From Octopus sinensis (taxonomy: Eukaryota), in contig NW_021834336.1 of NCBI RefSeq assembly GCF_006345805.1, positions 1-49,453 of the forward strand: 49,453 bases of DNA, in the 5' to 3' direction. The notes under the pieces were generated by a model. That model was not told the DNA's origin. It made no database searches and saw nothing but the letters and a program-made list of their open reading frames with translations. The translations under genes and the position numbers were made by a program. Positions within the stretch are counted from its first letter, which is position 1; every line of letters begins with the position of its first letter. This document shows positions 24,296 through 35,929 of the stretch, in pieces.

Positions 24296-24670
24296 GAGCT
24301 TGGATGGTGTTGTTGTTGTTGTTGTTACTGGCGGTGGTGGTGATGGTGGCAGAGCTTGGATGGTGTTGCTGTTAGTGGTGATGGTGGTGGAGGAGCTTGG
24401 ATGGTGTTGCTGTTGTTGTTACTGGTGGTGGTAGTGGTGGCAGAGCTTGGATGGTGTTGCTGTTAGGGGTGATGGTGGTGGAGCTTTGATGGTGTTGCTG
24501 TTGTTGTTGGTAGTGGTGGAGGAGCTTGGATGGTGTTGCTGTTGGTGGTGATGGTGATGGAGGAGCTTGGATGGTGTTGCTGTTGGTAGTGGTGGTGGTG
24601 GTGGTAGTGGTGGTGGTGGTGACGGTGGTGGTGATGGTAGTGGTAGAGGAGCTTGGATGTTGTTGCTGTT
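24296..24670. repeat. Minisatellite: 8 copies of gagcttggatggtgttgctgtt with variable triplet spacers
   Basis: Cores start at 24296, 24352, 24393, 24443, 24481, 24522, 24563 and 24649. Confidence 0.85.
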
Positions 24671-25139
24671 GGGAAACCAATTAAATTAAACCATATCCCC
24701 ATTCATACATAATCACCCATACAAAGCTCCCGACTCTGAATAGTTTAGCTTGTTGCAGCTGGGAGTTTGTTTACAGCTGGACAGACTGAGCCAGCGAAAA
24801 TTAATTATCACCAGTCATTGACACCGTTTAGTAGCGTTGATGGAATTCGAACTAGCGACCTTTTAATAAGGAGCTCAGACATTCCTATCGGATTAGCCAG
24901 TCACTGCCACACCACGAATATTCTATTAATAAATTTATTTTAAAAACATTCCCACGACCACCACCATCACCATCACCACCACTAAATATAAAACAGAGAG
25001 TTGATGATATAATTGGAAAAAGTATCGTGTGGAATAAAGTTACGTTTCTTTATGGTATCAGTTCGAATCCTGCTTGTGTAGATATGGCATTTTAACTTTC
25101 TAGGGTCGATGAAATAAAGCCGTCAGTCAAGAATTAGTG

Positions 25140-25950
25140 AACTTGATATAATTTACTGCAGTTTTTAAATTAGCGTACTAGCACGACCAGAGGTCTTCCA
25201 TTACATTTTTTAAGAAGGTGCGGCGGGAAAACCCAGAAGTCTTTTGTTTATATTCTTGGAACAGATACACCGTTATGGACAGAGGCCTTTCTATGGCAGT
25301 CTTGAAATGGATGTCCTAGTATCGCCAGAAATCTTCTTCTATGCCTTTGAAGAAGGCGCCAAGTATCTACCACATCCTTTAAGGAAATGTCCCAATATGT
25401 CCAAGAAGTCTACTACTACTTACTTGAAAAAGTCACCCCAGCAGTGTTCCACTACACTCCTCATACGATCTGGTGCTCCAGTATGGCCCGACTCCAGTGA
25501 CTAAAACCAGAGGAAAGTGATTAAAAAAACACAAGAGATAGTGGAATTGATATAATCTTCCCCTACAGTCTTTAAAAGGGTACTCTAGCAGAGGGTCTTC
25601 CACTACATTTTTGAAGGTGCCCCGGGAAAGTCAGAAGTTTTTTGATATCTTCTTGAAACGGGTGCCACGTTACGGCCAAACACCTTTCTACGACAGTATT
25701 GAAATGGGTGGCCCAGTATGGCCAGAGGTCTTCTTCTGCGTCGGTGAAGAAGGCGCCTCCAGTATGGCCAGATATCTACAACATCCTCTAAGGAAGTGCC
25801 CCAATATGTCCAGAAGTCTTTTACTACTTGCTTGAAAGAGCTGTCCCAGCATGGTCAAAGGTGTTCCACAACATTCTTCATAGAATCTGGTGCCCCAGTA
25901 TGGCCCGATTCCAGTGACTGAAACCTGTGGAAAGTAATTAAAGAAACGCA
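25140..25950. repeat. Two-level degenerate repeat: two about 400-bp units, each made of about 45-bp subunits
   Basis: Subunit consensus is about ccagtatggccagaggtcttctactacattcttgaagaaggtgcc; units 25140-25545 and 25545-25950 align along their length. Confidence 0.75.
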
Positions 25951-26266
25951 ATAACTACAAACTTCTTTTTTTTAACTGGAAAACTATAAAAATAATCTCA
26001 TTAATTAAATGCCTTTGGTTCGAGGTTATTTTAAGTACAAACCAAATGAATGTCAACCAGTCACATGTTGAGATTCATGAAGCAAGTAGAGCAGAATATT
26101 TATAATTACATATAATTATCAATTAAAGAGTTTCTGTTAATTTCTATGTATGTACATGGAAAATATTAAAACATATGTTGGTGCCTTTTTTCCCGTGTTT
26201 CAGATTTTAATAACGTAATTTCGATTTCCTGGGCACAACGAACTGAAGTTTTGCAAACATGGCATG

Positions 26267-26644
26267 GAAGCACTCCGTCGGTGACGACGATGAGGGTTCC
26301 GGTTGATCCGAATCAACGGGACAGCCTGCTCGTGAAATTAACGTGTAGGTGGCTGAGCACTCCACAGAACGTGTACCCATAACGTAGTTCTCGGGGTATT
26401 CAGCGTGAACAGAGAGTGACAAGCCGGCCCTTTGAAATACAGGTACAACAGAAACAGGAAGTAAGAGTGAGAGAAAGTTGTGGTGAAAGAGTACAGCAGG
26501 GATCGCTACCACTCCCTGCCGGAGCCTCGTGGATCTTTAGGTGTTTTCGCTCAATAAACACTCACAACGCCCGGTCTGGGAATCGAAACCGCGATCCTAT
26601 GACGCGAGTCCGCTGCACTAACCACTGGGCCATTGCGCCTCCAC
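26267..26644 (-). mobile_element. Full-length family E SINE with tail 1
   Basis: E head plus the ...gagtgctcagccac...gttccgttgat...gacggagtgcttc tail; homolog at 45743-46123. Confidence 0.85.
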
Positions 26645-26779
26645 TTTGCAAACATAACAAACACACACATGTACAATGGGTACACATTGGTAGCTCCAGA
26701 GCTACAGTATAAAGTCACCCAAAGTTTCTTAACCCCACAGCCCCATCTTTCACGTATACACAAACACATAGAGATATAT

Positions 26780-26985
26780 ATAATATGTGACCTCGTGTGT
26801 ACCGTTGGCGATTTTTTTTCCTCTGTCTTCCCTTCTCTGGATCTTTCCTTCACCTATGTTTCCGACGAAGAGCTCTGCTCGAAACGTTAAACCCTCCTTC
26901 TTTCCTTCTTCCTGAGCGTCCAATAATAATATATTGTTCCACGTCCTCGCGTTTTGTGTTTTTTTCGTGCTTTTTGTTTGATTAA
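26780..26985 (+). mobile_element. PLE-like pLTR fragment (family F) with minimal HHR variant
   Basis: gttt-CCGACGA-a-gagctctgctc-GAAA-cgtta-aac; homolog at 45065-45280. Confidence 0.7.
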
Positions 26986-27030
26986 CTCTCTCTCCTCTCT
27001 CTCTCTCTCTCTATATATAATATATATATA

Positions 27031-27060
<30 letters not shown>

Positions 27061-27061
<1 letters not shown>

Positions 27062-27360
27062 GAAGGTTTAGAGGTATATACAGGTATTACATATTAGGAA
27101 AAATAAGGTACTCAGAATCTGAATGTTGTACATTTACAGATTTTATTAATATGTTACATGTTTTTAAATCATATATTAGCGCTTGCATCTACACTAGTAG
27201 AATCTCAGATACACCGTTATGGTCAGAGGCCTTTCTATCTGGAGATTCTACTAGAGTAGATGCAAGCGCTAGATGATATATAAAAACATGCGACATATTA
27301 ATAAAAATCTGTAAATGTACAATCATCCAGATTACTGAGTACCTTATTTTTTCTAATATA
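27061..27360. mobile_element. Fold-back of two PLE-like 3' ends, head to head, with a captured 24-nt loop
   Basis: Arms 27091-27211 and 27236-27359 are imperfect inverted repeats, with (TA)n on both sides. The centre matches 25262-25294. Confidence 0.8.
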
Positions 27361-27466
27361 TATATATATTATATATATTATTGTTGTTGTTGTTGGTGTT
27401 GTTGTTGTTGTTATTATTGTTGTGTTGTTGTTGTTGTTGTTGTTGTTTTATTATTATTAATTATTA

Positions 27467-27494
<28 letters not shown>

Positions 27495-27515
<21 letters not shown>

Positions 27516-28245
27516 CGATAGAAGCTATTGAGTGCCTCAAAAGCCGAAAATTTTGTGCGTTGGTAGCAACCAGAGTTACCGCAGCTGCTGGTACCCACTT
27601 GCTCTCAAGCCCAGTTGTTAACGGGCTTAAAGTGTACACACGCTGATCGCAGGCCCTTGACAGGGTCCAGCGTCGTTATTTTTCGTCACAACACCACCGT
27701 GCCGGGAGTGGATAATTTGCGTGCCTGCTGCCTTCCTTGACTATGGTAGCCGATTTGTATACTCCTTCTCCGGAATTGAACACTGATTAGCTGTGACCCG
27801 TTGCCACCACAGTCAGCATTTACCTGGGCATCGGCACTTGATAGGGTGAACTCATGGGAGACCAGCTGCGTGAAGGCTAGTCGCTTGTAGCCCGTGCGAC
27901 CGTACTGACAGTTGCCAAGGGTCACCAAAACTGAAAGCCGTGAAGAACTCCACAGGCCCGAACCTGCGTGCGGGGCGCTGAAATCGCTGCGGCGGCCCCT
28001 GCATATTAGGCCTCAGTCTAATATTTGCGTCGCAACTAATGCGAAAGGCCGACTGTATCGTCGCGACGAGGAAAGGGCGAGGAAGACGCGCAATGCACCC
28101 CGGAGTCAGTACCTTGTGTTCACCGACAGGTGGACCACAAAGTTGGTAACCTCCTAGGTGAATGTGAATCGACCTTGTTAATAGTGAACTCAAAAGGTGA
28201 AGAGCTAGAAATAATGCCGCTAGGCATTTTGTTCGACGTGTTAAC
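27495..28245 (-). other. GC-rich unique segment running into (TAA)n; possible non-LTR retrotransposon 5' region
   Basis: Sharp GC/CpG enrichment against the flanks, and its minus strand ends in (TAA)n. A short gctacc...acaaaat similarity to 6484-6501; no recognisable domain. Confidence 0.3.
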
Positions 28246-28248
28246 GAT

Positions 28249-28634
28249 TATTTCTTTATTGCCCACAAGGGGCTAAACATAAAGGGGACAAACAAGGACA
28301 GACATTAAGTCGATTACATCGACCCCAGTGCTTAACTGGTACTTAATTTATCGACCCTGAAAGGTTGAAAGGCAAAGTCGACCTCGGCGGAATTTGAACT
28401 CAGAACGTAGCGGCAGACGAAAAACCTATTTCTTTACTACCCACAAGGGGCTACACACAGAGAGGACAAACAAGGACAGGCGACCCCAGTGCGTAACTGG
28501 TATTTATTTAATCGAACCCGAAAGGATGAAAGGCAAAGTCGACCTCGGCGGAATTTGAACTCAGAACGTAACGGCAGACGAAATACCGCTAAGCATTTCG
28601 CCCGGCGTGCTAACGTTTCTGCCAGCTCACCGCC
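28249..28634 (-). mobile_element. Family A SINE dimer
   Basis: Junction cagacgaaaaacc|tatttctttactaccc at 28426/28427, the same position as at 22907/22908. Confidence 0.85.
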
Positions 28635-29522
28635 TTAATTTATTTTCGTATATTCTGTCCTTGTGTTTGTTTGTGCGCATGCTCACTAATAGTTGCGTAC
28701 GTTTGTGTGTGTTTGCTATTGTGTGTTTGCTTGATATGTTTATATCTTGCTGCCTTTGTACGAAACTCATATATTTGCATGTATGTGTGTCTATTTTCGC
28801 TTGAATATCAGCGTGTTTATGCCCGCAACGCATTATTTTCCATTGACTCTTCCATAAATAGAAGGAAATTATTTTTCCATGCTGATAAAATAAGGAACCA
28901 AATTCCTGTGTTTCGAGACGATTTCAAGAGCAGGAAAAAAAATAACGTCGGGGTGAGGGCGGTTCTAGTTAAAAATACATTAATTGAGACAGTTTGTGCG
29001 TTACAATGGGCAGTTCGCAACATTTAAGGTACGCACAAACAGATAAACAGATCCCGAGGCTCAGAATTCTATAGATAGATTGACATATTCACAGTGCGAG
29101 CGTGTGTGTGTGTGTGTGTGTGTCTGTGTCTGTGTCTGTGTCTGTGTGTGTATGTATGTGCAGGTGTGAGCGTGAGTGTGTGCATGAATCGCATGAAAGA
29201 GCTCATATCGGTTTTTACTATTAAACTGTATGCCGGATAATTGCATACATTTTCAGAACACCTGGCCGCTTAGCATTTAATCTATTTAAAATCCATCGGC
29301 ATTTTACTCATGCAAATAATGTCAATTTCGGTTTAGTGCATAAGCTTTTGTTTCTTTCTGATTTTAGTTTTAAAAACTCAATTGGCGAAATGTAGCATAA
29401 AATTGATCGTTTATATTATTTGTTTCAAAAACAGTGTTTCTATAAGCTTGCGTATTCTAGATGAGGTAATATATATACGTTATAAGCAAATTTGGTAGAC
29501 GGACACTATATGCAAGTCCGTC

Positions 29523-29554
<32 letters not shown>

Positions 29555-29650
29555 TACATACCTCTATATGTGTGTGCGTGTGTGTTTGTATGTGTGAATG
29601 TATGTATGTGTATATGCATGTATGTATATATGTAAGTATATAATATATAT

Positions 29651-29948
29651 GTGGAGGCGCAATGGCCCAGTGGTTAGGGCAGCGGACTCGCGGTCGTAGG
29701 ATCGCGGTTTCGATTCCCAGACCAGGCGTTGTGAGTGTTTATTGAGCGAAAACACCTAGAAGCTCCAGGAGGCTCCGGCAGGGGGTGGTGATCCCTGCTG
29801 TACTTTTTCACCACTCTCTCTCACTCTTTCTTCTGTTGGCCTGCTCGCTTAGACAGCGGGGTGGCGTCATTCGAAGGATAAAACAATGCGAACGCATTGT
29901 GACCAGCGATGTGTAGCAACATCTGGTCGGTCACGTGGTCACGTGATA
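29651..29948 (+). mobile_element. Family E SINE with tail 2
   Basis: E head plus ggggtggcgtcattcgaagg...ggtcacgtgata; a tail-only homolog lies at about 14875-14975 on the minus strand. Confidence 0.85.
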
Positions 29949-30541
29949 ATATATTATATATATATATTATATATATATTATATATATATATTGTACTTGT
30001 CTCGGTCATCTCTCTTGTCGCACTTGTACGTATGAAATCTCATGTCTGTCAATTTGCCCTCTGTTGTTTACAACGTCACTTACACAGAACGATACACATT
30101 CTCCTGATACGCATCTTTACTTTTCTTTTAACTATAAAACTTTATGAAGAAGAGCTTAAGCTCAAAACATCAAAACCATTTCTGTTTTCTCAATATCCCC
30201 TTCAGCATTAAACAAAGAATCACATTTTGTTGTCACTTTGTCATCTCTATTTTACATGTCACATATTCGATAGAATATGTACTAAGGTTACAAACAACAA
30301 TTCCTGGAATCGAATTGTTCGGCTAAAGGCGGTGCTCCAGCATGACCGATGTCATATGACTGAAACAAGTAAAAGAATAAAAGAATAAAAGAGTGTGTCT
30401 GTGTGAGTGTGTCCGTGTGAGAGTGTGTGTGTGTGAGTGTGTGTGTGTGTATGTCTGTGTCTGTGTGTGTGTAGAAATATATATTTAGAGAGAGAGACAC
30501 ACACACATATGATATATATATGTATATATATATATTAATAT

Positions 30542-30581
<40 letters not shown>

Positions 30582-30617
30582 AAAGAGAGAGACATATAGA
30601 CATATATGTATATAGAC

Positions 30618-30619
30618 AC

Positions 30620-30713
<94 letters not shown>

Positions 30714-30715
30714 AG
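30618..30715. repeat. (GATA)n microsatellite
   Basis: Directly visible. Confidence 0.95.
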
Positions 30716-30949
30716 ACAGGCAGACAGACATGCATACATACAAGTCACTATGCAAGTTTAAATGAATATTTGTGTTGTGTGTAGGTGCTGCCATCTTTCT
30801 GAAGTTTATTTATAGCAGTGTACTGAAACTTTGGTGGGAACGAAGCTATCACTTTTAAACCGAACCTGATATAACATGGAGTAAACATGTCGGCTATCAT
30901 AAGCATTTTCATGATGACAGGCGATAAGTCATATCTTGATAATGTACCG

Positions 30950-31025
30950 TATGGTAGTGGTATGAGCAATAGGTGTAATGGTGGCGATGATGGTGGTGGT
31001 GGTACTGTTGTTGTTGTTATTTTTG

Positions 31026-31057
<32 letters not shown>

Positions 31058-31500
31058 GGTGGTGGTGGTGGTGACGGTGAGGTGGTGGTAGTGGTGGTGG
31101 TAAGAAATGCGAGTAATTGTGCTTATTGTGTTGATGCTGTTTGCGGTTGCTGGTACTGGAGGTGGAGTGGTGATGGTACTGCTTGTATAGTAATAGGGTG
31201 ATTGAGTGGTGTTGTTAGTGGTCGTCGAATTCGTTGTCGTGGTAGCAGTTGTGGTCGTGGTCGTTGCGTCGGCGGTCGTCGCGGTGGTCGTGGTGTTGGT
31301 CGTGTTGACGGCGGTGATGGTGATGGTGGTGCTGGTGGTGGTGGTGGCCGTAGTGGCCGCGGTGGCCGTAGTAGTGGAGGTTATGGTGATGGTGGCGTTG
31401 GTGATGTTGGTAGTGGTGGTGGTGGTACTGGTGATTGTGGCTTTAGTTTTAGATGTAGTAGTGGTACATGATGTTGCCGTAGCAGTAGCTATGCTCTTAG
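30950..31500. repeat. (GGT)/(GTC)/(GTA) triplet low-complexity block
   Basis: Directly visible. Confidence 0.85.
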
Positions 31501-32710
31501 TGGTCTAACAGTACCACAGAACCAAAAAGAAAATCATACATCTTAATATACTACATATGAAGTAATTCCAGGAGAAGAAAAGAACACTTGAAACACATAA
31601 ATAAATATATATATTCTAAAATAATAGACAAAACTCTTACACGATTTGTCAACCAGCGCCAAATTAATCAGTGAAAATACAACTCCAACAGTTGAAAATT
31701 AAGGACGCCTGACAGCGGAACCTGTATTAATGTTACTGAAGTCACATCTTATGAATTTCAATTGGGGTAGATGTTTACCAAAAGAAATAACGTTATTCGT
31801 TTATCAGAAATCTTGACTCATGTTATTAAATGCAACAGAGACGGAAATCATTTTCGGAAGAATGGCTATACATCGACAACAAATACGATAGCCAAGTACT
31901 TGACAAGCATACTTTAGTAAACATTTGGAAGTATGCACAGCAAATAAAGTTCACAACTATCAAAATTTTCTTTTACACCAATGCACAGACATTATTACCG
32001 AACGAAGATGACAAAAATAAAATATATTTAAGAAATAGAATCCATATCTAAATAGAAGTCACTCTGCATCGACAGCTGACGTTAAATTTAGGTTTTGTAA
32101 AAACAAATGAGATCATCATTTATTTTTGCAGTACGAATCACTATCATAATAACTGGGAAACCAGCTGAGAAACTGAAGAAAAAATTTAAGAAAATTAAAT
32201 GAATGTGCATTGTCATATAGCATATACATGAACGTGCGCGCGCGTGTGTGAGTATGTTTTAAAAGACTTTATTGAAATTGCTAGTTTTATTTTTTTTTAA
32301 TATTTGACAAGAACGGAACGTCACAAATATGCAAAATAGCTTTCTTAATTCTGTTTATGTAATTAATGAATGTTAATTCAACAAAATCGTACTTCAAATA
32401 TTATATACTGTATCAAAAATTCTTTCAAAAAGATCTATACATATATATAGACATACATACATACTTATTGTTGGTGATACATCATTCTGCAGTTATATGT
32501 TTGTGTTTGTGACTGTGTTGTGATGACGATTTACTTCCGAACTGGAAAAGGCTCCCAGTCTCTGTATCATAAATATCTAGTAATGTTCATAAAGTTCAAA
32601 TAACGCTAGTAATCTATCAAGTCCATTTACACATTTCTCAATACATACTACTGCTATGACTTGCCACCATCACTTTACGTCTCCATCAAAGATGGGTAGA
32701 TTTGCTACTA

Positions 32711-33737
32711 CGTATAATTTATATTATGATACAATTCTCATTGACAGATGTACGTTTGAATTTGATTGGTCGTTTCAACTGACAGTTTTTCAAAAGTATT
32801 GAAGCTGAGACTGTAAATGTAAATAGAAAATAAAAACAAAATAAATTTAAAATTATAATTAAAATATAAGACATGTAAAAGAGTAAAAAAGTAAATATTG
32901 TGAAGAAAACCTTGAGTCAAAAAGAATTTTTTTTTTCGGTTAAAAAGAAATCATGCATGTCCAGAGTGAATTAATTAATGGTAAATAAGTAATTAATTAA
33001 TATAAATGTCTGTTTTTAAAAACTTAAACCATGGGTTTGGGAAAGCTCGTAGATACTGTTAAAAGTAGTAATAAAGAAACACCAGATACTGTTAAAAGTA
33101 GTAACGGGTTTCTTTTTATATAAGCAACTCACACACACATACTTATAAAAATACACGTATAAAAACTATAAATGTATACATACGAAGCACATATGCATAT
33201 AGTCACATAAATACATGCTTATACATGAATATATTTATATCTACACATAAGCATAAATACACAGATACATAAAAACTTTACCTTTCATCTTTACGGGGGG
33301 TCGATAAATTAAGTACCAGTTGCGTACTGGGGTCGATCTAATCGACTAGCTCCCTCCCCAAAATTTCGGGTCTTGTACCTAAAGTAGAAAATAATATTTA
33401 CGAGCTTTCCCATATCTACGGGCTAATTTTAAGAAAACAGACTTGCATTTATATTAATTAATTATTTACTATCAATTAATTTACTCTAAACATGCAATTT
33501 CTTTTTTACCTAAAAAAAATCTCTTCTTGACTCAACGTTTCCTTCGATTTTATACAACACGATATTTATGTCTTTTACTTTATTTTTTACTTTATTTTAC
33601 TTTATTTTTTATTTTTATCTTCTATTTACATTTACTGTCTCAGCTTCAATACTTTTGAAAAACCGTTTGTTGAAACGACCAATCAAATTCAAATGTGCAT
33701 CTGTCAATGTAAATTATATCAGAATGTAAATTATACG
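32711..33737. mobile_element. TA-flanked MITE-like DNA element with long (about 130+ bp) TIRs
   Basis: TA|cgtataattt...attgacagatgtacgtttgaatttgattggtcgtttcaac... and ...gttgaaacgaccaatcaaattcaaatgtgcatctgtcaat...aaattatacg|TA; contains a SINE fragment at about 33278-33390. Confidence 0.75.
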
Positions 33738-33931
33738 TATAACTTGAATTCTTATTCCATTCTAGATCACAACTACCCAAGGAACGGAAACGTGAAACTC
33801 TGATTAACAAGATTTTTTTTGTGATATTTTTATGATGTTTTTGCAGCTTTAATAAACATATTACTCTACCCCCAGTATTCGAGTACTATTTTTCCCCCAC
33901 CTTGTTTCACATTTATGTGCTTACTCTGGTG

Positions 33932-34267
33932 AGTGGAATGGCTCAGTGGTTAGAGCGTCGAGCTTACGGTCGTGAGGTTGGGAGTTCGAATCCCGGACCG
34001 GGCTGCGTGTCGTGTTCTTGAGCAAGACACTTTATTTCACGTTGCTCCAGTTCACTCAGCTGTAGAAATGAGTTCCGACGTCACAGGATCTAATCTGTAT
34101 CGGCCCCTTTGCCTTTCCCTTGGATAACACTGGTGGCGTGGAGAGGGGAGGCCGGTATGCATGGGCGACTGCTGGTCTTCCATAAACAACCTTGCTCGGA
34201 CTTGTGCCTGGGAGGGTAACTTTCTAGGTGCAATCCCATGGTCAGTCATGACCGAAGGGGGTCTCAG
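33932..34267 (+). mobile_element. CORE-type SINE with a distinct tail
   Basis: ggctcagtggttagagcg...gttcgaatccc head, gtgttcttgagcaagacactttatttcacgttgctccagttcactcagctg core, and a tail ending gaccgaagggggtctc. Confidence 0.8.
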
Positions 34268-34452
34268 CATATATATACAAACACTTCGTTGGTTATAATG
34301 ACGATTTTTCAAGTTCATACGATCAACGGAACAGCTTGCACGTGAAGTTGATGTGCAAGTGGCTGAGCACTCCGCAGACACGCTTACATTTAAAGTAATT
34401 CTCAATGAGATTTAGCGTGGCACAGAATGAGACAAGGCACCACCCATAACAT

Positions 34453-34540
34453 CGCCAACACTAACACCACCACCAACACTACCTACACCACCGCCAACAC
34501 TAACACCACCACCAACACTACCTACACCACCGCCAACACC
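34453..34540. repeat. 39-bp tandem repeat, about 2.2 copies
   Basis: The cgccaacactaacaccaccaccaacactacctacaccac unit starts at 34453 and 34492, with a partial third copy at 34531. Confidence 0.8.
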
Positions 34541-34573
34541 GATGCATCCAACACCATCACCAACACCACCGAT

Positions 34574-34768
34574 GTGGAGGCACAATGGCCCGGTGGTTAG
34601 GGCAGCGGACTCGCGGTCGTAAGATCGCGGTTTCGATTCCCAGACCGGGCATTGCGAGTGTTTATTGAGCAAAAACACCTAAGCTCCACGAGGCTCCGGC
34701 GGGAGTGGTGGTGATGGGGAACCCCGCTGTACTCTTTCACCACAACTTTCTCTCACTCTTTCTTCCTA
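34574..34768 (+). mobile_element. Family E SINE head (tail missing)
   Basis: Homology to the E head. Confidence 0.8.
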
Positions 34769-34804
34769 CTTTTTCCACAAAGCAGAGGAACCATGGTGTA
34801 ACCC

Positions 34805-35088
34805 ACTATGGTGTGGTAAACTTTCAGACCCTAGTCTAGATCGCGAATCCTCTGTAGCCCGGGATGGTTCAGATCTCCACCCGTTAAAAAGCCACCGTTT
34901 ACGGAATGAGGATAACAACGTAGCTATCGCGCCCGTGCAACCGCTAGTCTATCACGTGTGGTGGGTGGATCTTCAAGTTGCCACAGGCATTCTTAGTAGC
35001 TTAGAGTTGGCTCGAATTAGAGATTATTCGTTGTGGATAACGGTGCGAGTCCTGACTGGAAGAAGAAGAAGAAGAAGAAGAAGAAGAA
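34805..35088 (+). mobile_element. Retroposon fragment with (GAA)n tail
   Basis: Homolog of 22578-22846. Confidence 0.65.
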
Positions 35089-35720
35089 TTTTGTAAGTCG
35101 ACTACATCGACCCCAGTACTCAACTGATGAAATGATGAAGAGCACAGTCGACTTCGGGGGAATTTGAACTCAGCACGTGAAGACGGACAAAATGCCGATA
35201 AGCATTTCGTCCGGCATATTAATAGTTCTGTCAACATGCCACTTAAATTACATCTATAACAACAAGCACAAGAACAGGAACAACATTATCGATGACAACA
35301 ACAACAACTGCAACGACTATATAGTTCTAACAACAAGAATTAGAACAATAACAACACCAAAACACAATTATGTCTGCAACAACAACAACAAACAACGAAA
35401 ACAAGAACACTAATAGTTGTAGTCTCAGATCTGATAATCACATGATTGGGATCGTTTATTGATTGGCTCTCGTCTAATTTGTTGTAACCAATCAATGCTT
35501 TAGGTGAGCAACCATGCGTGGACAGTTGATGTAGACATTGATATAGACTTTTAATGGAGGCACGTGCAGATGCACTCAGATGCATACGCATACTTACATA
35601 CATACATTCATATATGCACACACACACATACATACATTCGCACATAACTACATACATACATTCATACACACACATATATAAATATATACATACATATGTT
35701 TTTGTTTTGTTTTTGTTTTT

Positions 35721-35929
35721 CCAGTTTCAGCTCTTGAGCTGTGGCCATGCTGGGGCACCGCCATTGTGGTGAAAGAGTACAGCAGGGATCACCACCCCCT
35801 GCCGGAGCCTCGTAGAGCTTTTAGGTGTTTTCGCTCAATAAACACACACAACGCCCAGTCTGAGAATCGAAACCGCGATCCTGCGACCGCGAGTCCGCTG
35901 CCCTAACCACTAGGCCATTGCGCCTCTAC
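35721..35929 (-). mobile_element. Family E SINE with tail 4 (D-like end)
   Basis: E head joined to atggcggtgccccagcatggccacagctcaagagctgaaactgg; homolog at 42528-42740. Confidence 0.8.

Noticed and set aside
24296-24670. CRISPR-like repeat-spacer appearance
   Set aside because: The spacers are low-complexity triplets related to each other, lengths vary widely, there are no cas genes, and the context is eukaryotic.
28960-29085. Helitron-like 5' end on the minus strand
   Set aside because: Only a vague resemblance; no 3' hairpin with CTRR terminus could be assigned.
29651-29725. tRNA-Arg(TCG)-like gene (also the other E, B and C heads)
   Set aside because: It continues directly into SINE body and tail, and the acceptor stem is not intact; these are SINE heads.
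31830-32051. 73-aa complex ORF in unique AT-rich DNA
   Set aside because: No recognisable motif or clear splice sites, and the length is expected by chance; it cannot be supported without expression data.
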